This document shows positions 9,398-14,786 of a stretch of DNA of 45,403 nt, one piece after another. The notes below the pieces were generated by a model. That model was given only the letters and a program-made list of their open reading frames with translations, did no database searches and was not told the origin of the DNA. How positions within the stretch are numbered: position 1 is the first letter of the stretch; every line of letters starts with the position of its first letter. Source of the DNA: a virus (taxonomy: Duplodnaviria; Caudoviricetes); IMG/VR virus record IMGVR_UViG_3300032292_000267, positions 1 through 45,403 of that record, one strand, 5' to 3'. Position numbers and translations under genes: made by a program.

Positions 9398-9471
9398 TGC
9401 TCGTTGTCAGGATTGAACTGACCTCTGCCGATTTATGAGATCGGTCCCTTCAACCAGATGGGTAAACGAGC
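9398..9471 (-). tRNA. tRNA with CAT anticodon, non-initiator (Ile2 lysidine type likely, elongator Met possible)
   Basis: GCTCGTT/AACGAGC acceptor, CCGAT-CTCATAA-ATCGG anticodon arm, GTCAG-TTCAATC-CTGAC T arm; lacks the initiator 1:72 mismatch and GGG/CCC pairs. Confidence 0.85.
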
Positions 9472-9500
9472 ATTCGCTATTCGCAAATAACGAATAGCAA

Positions 9501-9588
9501 TACGAGTGCCTGGATTTGAACCAGGTCAAAGCCGCTAATCTGGCGGAAAGAGTTTATAAGACTCCTCTGACTACCAAGTCTCACTCGC
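9501..9588 (-). tRNA. Atypical tRNA-Ile(TAT) with long variable arm
   Basis: GCGAGTG/CACTCGT acceptor, GACT-TGGT-AGTC D arm, GGAGT-CTTATAA-ACTCT anticodon arm, CCGC..GCGG variable stem, CCTGG-TTCAAAT-CCAGG T arm. Confidence 0.75.
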
Positions 9589-9595
9589 ATGAAAA

Positions 9596-9817
9596 TCAAG
9601 AACCTTCTTCGTGATCAGTGTGAATGCGTATTACATCTTCATCCACACCACACTCTTCAAATATCTCAACAACTTCTTTGTAAGGAACCATAACTGCGTT
9701 TCCGTGCTCGCTAGTTATTACAAACGATTCTCCGTTTTCAACTTTAGACATTAAATTATCAAAATCTGATTGGAATTCTTCAACTGTGTATGATGGTAGA
9801 TACTTAATTTCTTGCAT
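9596..9817 (-). CDS. Phd/YefM antitoxin-like protein
   Basis: YTVEEFQSDFDNLMSKVENGESFVITSEHGNAVMVPY matches the Phd N-terminal pattern; start trimmed to MQEIK because the longer ORF overlaps tRNA-Pro. Confidence 0.6.
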   Translation of the reverse strand: MQEIKYLPSYTVEEFQSDFDNLMSKVENGESFVITSEHGNAVMVPYKEVVEIFEECGVDEDVIRIHTDHEEGS

Positions 9818-9840
9818 TGGATTAGTATATTTTTTATAAG

Positions 9841-9914
9841 TCGGGCATAAAGGATTTGAACCTTTGACCTTTCCGCCCCAAACGGAACGCGCTACCAAGC
9901 TGCGCTAATGCCCG
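9841..9914 (-). tRNA. tRNA-Pro(TGG)
   Basis: CGGGCAT/ATGCCCG acceptor, TTCCG-TTTGGGG-CGGAA anticodon arm. Confidence 0.95.
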
Positions 9915-9923
9915 AGTATGAGA

Positions 9924-10208
9924 CTATGAAGATTTTTTTTCTTTCATAGATTCAAGCCACTTTGATCCTGAAGATTCAGCATCTTCAAGAAGAAATTTTT
10001 CAACTTCGGAAAAAGTTTCAAAAGTCTTTACTTGATCTTCAAGTTCAACCCACCAATAAACAGAATCTTCTGTCTCCTCGCCGTTATGGGAGTCAGGAAT
10101 CTCTTCTTTTGAAACACATTCAATTACAATATGAGTATCAAATCCATGCCTTTCTTCAGCATTCATAATAGTTTGAGTGATTGGAAGATCGGATAGTAGA
10201 GCAGCCAT
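9924..10208 (-). CDS. Acidic hypothetical protein
   Basis: ATG at 10208 lies downstream of the perfect promoter at 10235-10263. Confidence 0.6.
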   Translation of the reverse strand: MAALLSDLPITQTIMNAEERHGFDTHIVIECVSKEEIPDSHNGEETEDSVYWWVELEDQVKTFETFSEVEKFLLEDAESSGSKWLESMKEKKSS

Positions 10209-10209
10209 C

Positions 10210-10326
10210 TCAGTGTTTTTTTGAATGTACAAGTATTATACCCATTGCTGGAACGACTGTCAAGCCGCATCCGACAATAAAAAGAAATACGTTACTATTT
10301 AACAAAGTTTCTATTAAATGAAACAC
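10210..10326 (-). CDS. 38 aa single-TM micro-protein
   Basis: Hand translation (GTG start): MFHLIETLLNSNVFLFIVGCGLTVVPAMGIILVHSKKH; coupled to the upstream stop codon. Confidence 0.5.
   Translation of the reverse strand: MFHLIETLLNSNVFLFIVGCGLTVVPAMGIILVHSKKH
10235..10263 (-). promoter_or_regulatory. Perfect sigma70 promoter TTGACA-17-TATAAT
   Basis: Read directly from the sequence. Confidence 0.8.
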
Positions 10327-10520
10327 TACCATCCCCTCCAACTCTTAAATTCATAATAAAAATATTGATCAACACTATTATCTAATGGCGAATCATCTTC
10401 CCTATGAGCCCATTCTACGCAGAACTCTACAATACGACGATCGTGCAATGAATTGTGTCCCCACATTCTCACAAATGCCGTGGCAGCAAAGTGATATCTC
10501 TGTCTAGTGTGCGGTTCCAT
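10326..10520 (-). CDS. Hypothetical protein (64 aa)
   Basis: MEPHTRQRYHFAATAFVRMWG...; start trimmed to minimise overlap with ndhP. Confidence 0.6.
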   Translation of the reverse strand: MEPHTRQRYHFAATAFVRMWGHNSLHDRRIVEFCVEWAHREDDSPLDNSVDQYFYYEFKSWRGW

Positions 10521-10626
10521 TTCCCTTATATTTCTCGGAGTCATAGTATCCTCCTCGTGTTCCGAAATAGAGTGTTGTTAAAATAAATGGAACTGAAACA
10601 AATAGTAGTAGTTTTCCTAATAACAT
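10504..10626 (-). CDS. ndhP: NdhP, small subunit of the cyanobacterial NDH-1L complex
   Basis: Hand translation MLLGKLLLFVSVPFILTTLYFGTRGGYYDSEKYKGNGTAH: one TM helix plus the NdhP C-terminal signature F-G-T-x-x-G-[FY]-Y-D-S-x-x-Y-x-G-N-G-[ST]-A-H; below the ORF-track size cutoff. Confidence 0.85.
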   Translation of the reverse strand: MLLGKLLLFVSVPFILTTLYFGTRGGYYDSEKYKGNGTAH

Positions 10627-10630
10627 AGTT

Positions 10631-10723
10631 TTATTGTGGGTATGCGTGTGTAAGTCCCCAAGCAATCCACAATCCCATAATAGTGAAATATATTAATGCT
10701 GAAACCAAAAGTGTCTTAGTCAT
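10631..10723 (-). CDS. 30 aa single-TM micro-protein
   Basis: Hand translation MTKTLLVSALIYFTIMGLWIAWGLTHAYPQ; stop is 4 nt before the ndhP start. Confidence 0.55.
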   Translation of the reverse strand: MTKTLLVSALIYFTIMGLWIAWGLTHAYPQ

Positions 10724-10764
10724 CTTTTTCGTCCTCTGTCGTAAAACTCTTCTTTACAATTCTT

Positions 10765-10971
10765 CTAGTTCAAAGTAATTTTGAGAAAAGGAAATAAAGG
10801 TGGAATTGTGCCAATAAGTCTTAAGATCCCCTCAGCAAATAAAGCAAGAACCACCCAACCAACGCACATACTGATAATGGAAGCATTGCGGTTGTGTCTT
10901 CTGATGGCAGCATCGATCATCTCCCGGACTTCGCTACGAGTCACAAAATCATCATCATATGGTTCCATCAT
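10765..10971 (-). CDS. Small membrane protein, cyanophage-type hypothetical
   Basis: 68 aa with a C-terminal hydrophobic segment; coupled to the upstream ORF. Confidence 0.65.
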   Translation of the reverse strand: MMEPYDDDFVTRSEVREMIDAAIRRHNRNASIISMCVGWVVLALFAEGILRLIGTIPPLFPFLKITLN

Positions 10972-11117
10972 TTTTCATCACCAAGAAACTTTGCCAAAGG
11001 ATCTTTTTTTGTTTTCATAATTTCGATTGCTCTTTTATAGAGCATATTGCCCGTGTTTCCAGACTGTTCGAAAGTTTCTTTGATCTTCACCCAATTATCA
11101 TAGGTGTGTTGATCCAT
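10968..11117 (-). CDS. 49 aa hypothetical protein
   Basis: Hand translation MDQHTYDNWVKIKETFEQSGNTGNMLYKRAIEIMKTKKDPLAKFLGDEK; ATGA overlap with the next gene. Confidence 0.65.
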   Translation of the reverse strand: MDQHTYDNWVKIKETFEQSGNTGNMLYKRAIEIMKTKKDPLAKFLGDEK

Positions 11118-11230
11118 AGAGTTAGTATTTGCGACATTACTATATAATAATCACAAATATTTCAACGTCAATCTTTTGTGTTAATACGATAACACTATTG
11201 AACAAATTGTTAAATTTGTAACTTATTAAA

Positions 11231-11315
11231 CGGAAGTGGCTGGATTCGAACCAGCGGAGGCTTTCACCTCGACGGTTTTCAAGACCGTTGCCATAAACCA
11301 CTCGACCACACTTCC
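11231..11315 (-). tRNA. tRNA-Ser(TGA)
   Basis: GGAAGTG/CACTTCC acceptor, G73, ACGGT-CTTGAAA-ACCGT, long variable arm. Confidence 0.95.
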
Positions 11316-11325
11316 AATATAAGAT

Positions 11326-11577
11326 TCAACGAATCTCAAAATCCAAACGCTTTACTTTACGTTGGCGTCTTGCTTCTTGAAAAGCAAGATCTTGTGAAGA
11401 GAGAACATTGGTTTTTTGTTCTTTCTGAATAGAGTTTAACATTACAACTCGTGATAAGTCAACTGCTGAAATCTTATCACCACGAATTGTTGCCATATTG
11501 GGACAACCACAAGTGATTGTTTTTGTTGGGTGTCCCGCAAGTTCTTTATTACAATCTTTGCATCTTATTGATAACAT
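11326..11577 (-). CDS. Small zinc-binding hypothetical protein
   Basis: CKDC...CGC cysteine pattern. Confidence 0.65.
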   Translation of the reverse strand: MLSIRCKDCNKELAGHPTKTITCGCPNMATIRGDKISAVDLSRVVMLNSIQKEQKTNVLSSQDLAFQEARRQRKVKRLDFEIR

Positions 11578-11592
11578 TTTTCTTCATCCTAA

Positions 11593-12027
11593 TCATTGTA
11601 AATGAGATCTTAACATCCAAACGAATTTGCCATGAGACTCCATTAAATCTTGAACTAAGTTAGCAGTTGCATATTGCTTCTGTTCTTCAGACTCTTCCGA
11701 AATTTCTTGCATCAATTCACAAAACTTTTCGTTATTATCAAGCAGTTCTTGAAGCATTTCTTTTGCTCCAGTTGAACTTGCTGCTTCTTTAATCTGCGTA
11801 ACCTCAAGCATTCTAGAAAGCGAACTTAAAGGTTTTACATTCAAATAACGCATATGCTCTGAGATACGATCAATCTCTTCAAACATAGTTTCATATTGTC
11901 CACCGAAAAGTTGATGGAGTTGAGTAAAATCACTTCCAACAACATTCCAATGAAATGCCCAAGTTTTATGGAATAAAACAAAAAGTGATGACTGAGAATC
12001 ACTCAAGAGTTTATAAAGTTTTTCCAT
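11593..12027 (-). CDS. dps: Dps family ferritin-like DNA-protection protein
   Basis: HWNVVG.DF..LH.LF..QY, DRISEH ferroxidase motif and H.K.VWML; start trimmed to MEKLY because the longer ORF overlaps tRNAs. Confidence 0.9.
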   Translation of the reverse strand: MEKLYKLLSDSQSSLFVLFHKTWAFHWNVVGSDFTQLHQLFGGQYETMFEEIDRISEHMRYLNVKPLSSLSRMLEVTQIKEAASSTGAKEMLQELLDNNEKFCELMQEISEESEEQKQYATANLVQDLMESHGKFVWMLRSHLQ

Positions 12028-12043
12028 TATACTTTTTTTCAAA

Positions 12044-12051
12044 TATTTATG
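12044..12051 (-). promoter_or_regulatory. T4-type late promoter (CATAAATA) for dps
   Basis: NATAAATA box 16 nt upstream of the ATG. Confidence 0.55.
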
Positions 12052-12055
12052 CAAG

Positions 12056-12127
12056 TGGGCAATATCGGATTCGAACCAATGACCGTCTGCGTGTAAAGCA
12101 GCTGCGCTACCGCTGCGCCAATCGCCC
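12056..12127 (-). tRNA. tRNA-Val(TAC)
   Basis: GGGCGAT/ATTGCCC acceptor, CTGC-TTTACAC-GCAG anticodon arm. Confidence 0.93.
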
Positions 12128-12129
12128 AA

Positions 12130-12202
12130 CTCCCCCACCTGGACTCGAACCAGGAACCCCAAAGTTAACAGCTTCGTGCTCTGCCAATTGAGCTATAGAG
12201 GA
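12130..12202 (-). tRNA. tRNA-Asn(GTT)
   Basis: TCCTCTA/TGGGGGA acceptor, G73, CGAAG-CTGTTAA-CTTTG. Confidence 0.93.
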
Positions 12203-12203
12203 A

Positions 12204-12278
12204 TGGTCCTCTGTCTGGGAATCGAACCCAGTTTCCCAGTGCGTTGTCCGCCTGTCCTTACCAATAGACTACCAGAGG
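12204..12278 (-). ncRNA. tRNA-like RNA lacking a canonical anticodon loop, with encoded CCA
   Basis: CCTCTG/CAGAGG-A-CCA acceptor, GTCT-ATTGGTAA-GGAC D arm and CTGGG-TTCGATT-CCCAG T arm; middle arm is GCG-GACAA-CGC (5 nt loop, no U33). Confidence 0.7.
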
Positions 12279-12325
12279 GAATGGTAGTCTCTTTCTAGGT
12301 TATCTACCTAGCGAGTGCCACCAAG

Positions 12326-12397
12326 AGCGAAATAGGAGATTCGAACTCCTGACGTTCTGCTTGGAAGGCAGACATTCTACCGCTGAATTAATTTCGC
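12326..12397 (-). tRNA. tRNA-Gly(TCC)
   Basis: GCGAAAT/ATTTCGC acceptor, U73, TCTGC-CTTCCAA-GCAGA. Confidence 0.95.
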
Positions 12398-12405
12398 ATG
12401 AGACA

Positions 12406-12434
12406 ATTATAAATCATTTAGGTTTGATTGTCAA
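12406..12434 (-). promoter_or_regulatory. Perfect sigma70 promoter TTGACA-17-TATAAT inside the tRNA cluster
   Basis: Starts 2 nt after the tRNA-Leu 3' end; tRNA-Gly begins 8 nt after the -10 box. Confidence 0.8.
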
Positions 12435-12435
12435 G

Positions 12436-12518
12436 TGCTCCAGAGAAGATTTGAACTTCCACGCTTTTTAAGGCGGCGGATTCTAAGTCCGCTGTGTCTA
12501 CCGTTCCACCACTGAAGC
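12436..12518 (-). tRNA. tRNA-Leu(TAG)
   Basis: GCTTCAG/CTGGAGC acceptor, GCGGA-CTTAGAA-TCCGC, long variable arm, A73. Confidence 0.95.
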
Positions 12519-12522
12519 AAGG

Positions 12523-12595
12523 CAGGCAAGGAGGGACTTGAACCCCCAATCGACATCTTAGAAGGATGCTGCATTATCCATTATGCTACTTGCCC
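12523..12595 (-). tRNA. tRNA-Arg(TCT)
   Basis: GGGCAAG/CTTGCCT acceptor, GCATC-CTTCTAA-GATGT. Confidence 0.95.
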
Positions 12596-12606
12596 TCAAC
12601 TCTGAT

Positions 12607-12635
12607 ATCATATCAGTCCTTGGGACAGGTGTCAA
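12607..12635 (-). promoter_or_regulatory. Sigma70 promoter TTGACA-17-TATGAT driving the tRNA cluster
   Basis: Read directly; has an extended -10 TG; overlaps the 3' end of the upstream CDS. Confidence 0.75.
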
Positions 12636-13011
12636 CCCAAGGAGCACATAACCTCATTTCACCTCCCAATAATCTTTGAGCCTCAGAGTCATCTGGAGCT
12701 TTCTCGCTTAACCGTGGCAAAGGTACTCTAGGTGGTTCTGAGTCCCTTGTCAAGCGTTCATAGTCACGAATGGCTTTGTCCACATCACGCTCAACTCTCC
12801 TATTCACCACGCCTGGATCCTGGAGCAGCACATCGTTGATTATGGTGCCTGGGAACAGAACCCTCTGAACCTCGTCTAGGAGATCCCAGAGGCGCTCCTG
12901 GGGCGCTCCTGTGCATTGGGAGAGGGTTGCTACGATCCCACTGAGCACGATGCTTATGAGGATTATCTGCTTCTTATCTGGTTTCTTTTTACCGAAGTTA
13001 AAATTAAACAT
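12613..13011 (-). CDS. Membrane-anchored hypothetical protein next to the lysozyme
   Basis: Basic N-terminus then hydrophobic IILISIVLSGIVATLSQC; start trimmed to MFNFN, downstream of the terminator. Confidence 0.6.
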   Translation of the reverse strand: MFNFNFGKKKPDKKQIILISIVLSGIVATLSQCTGAPQERLWDLLDEVQRVLFPGTIINDVLLQDPGVVNRRVERDVDKAIRDYERLTRDSEPPRVPLPRLSEKAPDDSEAQRLLGGEMRLCAPWVDTCPKD

Positions 13012-13040
13012 AAAAAAAGAGGAGTGTTGCACTCCCCTCT
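13012..13040 (-). terminator. Intrinsic terminator after the lysozyme
   Basis: GGGGAGTG-CAA-CACTCCTC followed by T7. Confidence 0.6.
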
Positions 13041-13070
13041 ATTTATTATTCAGTTTTATATTCTATTGTA

Positions 13071-13709
13071 TCAAACTTCTACCGTGATCAGTTTGGAAGC
13101 ATAATCATGAGCATAAGCTGTACGAGCACCATGATGCCCCCAACCAATCCAACTATACGCATAGTCCATGTAACGATTGATAGACTTACCAGGAGTTTTC
13201 ATCCTATCAACAATACGTTGCCATTGAACCTCAGTTGTAAGATAACGAAGTTGCGTGTGAAGTTCTGATGGAGATCCACCATACTTCTTAGCAAAATCAC
13301 CCAATCCATAATAACGATCGGCAGATGTCCATTGAATCAGTCCGTAACCACGTCCGCAGTTATTCCAACTGGTTCTACTACCACCTTCGCAGATATTAGG
13401 CACGAATGTGGATTCTTGTCTAATATTGCCCATGATGGTAGCAAGGGCGTTTCTGTCTTTAACACCACGATCCTGGAAAAATGCCAGGGTAGCATTCTCA
13501 TGTTCATTACACCCTTTACAAATTAGCCTTTTCTCTTTTGGCTTTTCAGGCGGAGCAACCTCTTTGGTCGCTGTCGGTGTTTCAAACTCCTTAATGATTG
13601 AGAAGGGCACAGGAGGTGCCGTCAAAGGAGGAGGAAACAGGGGCAGTGTTGCCATATTGGTTGTAACCGATGCCAGAAGGGGCAGGGCTACTGTAAAGAA
13701 ATTTTGCAC
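13071..13709 (-). CDS. Phage lysozyme 2-family muramidase with N-terminal signal-like and Pro-rich segments
   Basis: ALATIMGNIRQES and GYGLIQWT motifs; GTG start. Confidence 0.8.
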   Translation of the reverse strand: MQNFFTVALPLLASVTTNMATLPLFPPPLTAPPVPFSIIKEFETPTATKEVAPPEKPKEKRLICKGCNEHENATLAFFQDRGVKDRNALATIMGNIRQESTFVPNICEGGSRTSWNNCGRGYGLIQWTSADRYYGLGDFAKKYGGSPSELHTQLRYLTTEVQWQRIVDRMKTPGKSINRYMDYAYSWIGWGHHGARTAYAHDYASKLITVEV

Positions 13710-13718
13710 TAGTTTTAA

Positions 13719-13832
13719 TTGAACTCTACATCCGTATAGAAGAGGGGTACACCCAACTCTCGGAGGGCATCTTCCACGGCTCTAATTGTCACTCAAAGTC
13801 TCATTATGAGAAAACCCACCTTTTGAGTGAGT
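13719..13832 (-). promoter_or_regulatory. Structured 5' leader of the lysozyme gene (candidate cis-regulatory RNA)
   Basis: Nested pairings CCGT/ACGG, GGAAGA/TCTTCT, GCCC/GGGT, plus TCACTCAAA/TTTGAGTGA enclosing a TCTCAT/ATGAGA hairpin. Confidence 0.5.
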
Positions 13833-13838
13833 TTGTTC

Positions 13839-13867
13839 ATAATAAGTTAATATTTAGGATTTGTCAA
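13839..13867 (-). promoter_or_regulatory. Sigma70 promoter TTGACA-17-TATTAT with a late-type CTAAATA box in the spacer
   Basis: Read directly from the sequence. Confidence 0.6.
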
Positions 13868-14037
13868 GAGACTTGTTCTAGAGAAACAATTTCCAATTCA
13901 TCACCTTCGAGTTCAATCCATTCATAGAACTCAGCAAGAATTGCACGAGCATCATCTTTATGAATGTCCATGTTTGCAGCACGATCCAGAGACCAAGTTC
14001 TCACATGAGCTACGATATCTTCAGTCGTTGCGTTCAT
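13864..14037 (-). CDS. Hypothetical protein (57 aa)
   Basis: MNATTEDIVAHVRTWSLDRAA...; the longer track ORF overlaps the nuclease gene. Confidence 0.6.
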   Translation of the reverse strand: MNATTEDIVAHVRTWSLDRAANMDIHKDDARAILAEFYEWIELEGDELEIVSLEQVS

Positions 14038-14464
14038 AATAGTCTTTTCGGAAGTACCTGTTGAGGATGTTGCTATTGTAGTACCTCGGGGTTCCGTCGT
14101 CAAGTCCTTCTGTGAGGACATTGTGGGCAAATAACTGTCGGGTTTCCTCAAAGTTTGTTTTGCCCTTTGTTTTATGTAATGAAATAATAGTTCTTGTAAA
14201 ATTCTCTTTACCAAATTTTTCAACATCATCTTTTAGTTCTGGACATGATCCATAATATTTTTTCCAATCAGACTCTGATTTAACTTTTCTAGATTTTCCC
14301 TTCGGCGTGCGGAAACTCCAGAAATATTTTCTACCAAGATAGCTCCTCCCAGTTGTATCGCAATCAATACGATAAACAAAACCAAAATGATCTTGAATAT
14401 CAACTGATAGAAACATCTTTCCATTGTAAGTCCAAGGATTTTCATAGTCAATGTCTATACTCAT
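14021..14464 (-). CDS. GIY-YIG endonuclease (T4 endonuclease II/DenA-like)
   Basis: GFVYRI...YLGRK motif, YYGS, conserved E and YYN; position downstream of nrdB matches T4 denA. Confidence 0.75.
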   Translation of the reverse strand: MSIDIDYENPWTYNGKMFLSVDIQDHFGFVYRIDCDTTGRSYLGRKYFWSFRTPKGKSRKVKSESDWKKYYGSCPELKDDVEKFGKENFTRTIISLHKTKGKTNFEETRQLFAHNVLTEGLDDGTPRYYNSNILNRYFRKDYYERND

Positions 14465-14609
14465 CAATTATATCAAGAACTTCGTTCAGATATTTATGAG
14501 CAAGTCCTTTCATGTCCATATCATGGCGAATATGATCTGTATGAAGTTGATTCTTGAGTTTTAAAACTCTAACTTTCAATTCATCTTTATCCAGTTGATT
14601 TTTAGGCAT
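14448..14609 (-). CDS. 53 aa hypothetical protein
   Basis: Hand translation MPKNQLDKDELKVRVLKLKNQLHTDHIRHDMDMKGLAHKYLNEVLDIIDEYRH. Confidence 0.55.
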   Translation of the reverse strand: MPKNQLDKDELKVRVLKLKNQLHTDHIRHDMDMKGLAHKYLNEVLDIIDEYRH

Positions 14610-14634
14610 AAAAAAAGAGGAGGTTAAACTCCTC
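14610..14634 (-). terminator. Intrinsic terminator downstream of nrdB
   Basis: GAGGAG-TTTAAC-CTCCTC followed by T7. Confidence 0.65.
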
Positions 14635-14786
14635 TATGTATCATTATCAGTCACCCATTCTTTACAATAGTCATAATCTCCAAACAAATGTTCATCACAT
14701 TCTGCTGCTTGTTTATATGCGTTCAGGATTGCCTGCTCACACCATTCATCATAGTTTGAATCCTGAAAAAGTATTTTTGGTAACAT
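14634..14786 (-). CDS. 50 aa acidic hypothetical protein overlapping the nrdB 3' end
   Basis: Hand translation MLPKILFQDSNYDEWCEQAILNAYKQAAECDEHLFGDYDYCKEWVTDNDT. Confidence 0.45.
   Translation of the reverse strand: MLPKILFQDSNYDEWCEQAILNAYKQAAECDEHLFGDYDYCKEWVTDNDT

Noticed and set aside
9818-9898. N-terminal extension of ORF 9596-9898
   Set aside because: It overlaps tRNA-Pro; the real start is most likely 9817
11200-11225. HLR1 (RpaB) direct repeat GTTACAAA-T-TTAACAAT
   Set aside because: Repeat period is 9 nt rather than the expected 10 and the second half-site is degenerate in AT-rich sequence
12028-12162. N-terminal extension of the Dps ORF
   Set aside because: It runs through tRNA-Val and tRNA-Asn; the Dps fold starts at 12027 after a late promoter
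11231-12518. tRNAs with TGA and TAG anticodons as possible stop suppressors or a sign of recoding
   Set aside because: These anticodons read TCA (Ser) and CTA (Leu); TAA, TAG and TGA all terminate conserved genes here, so the code is standard
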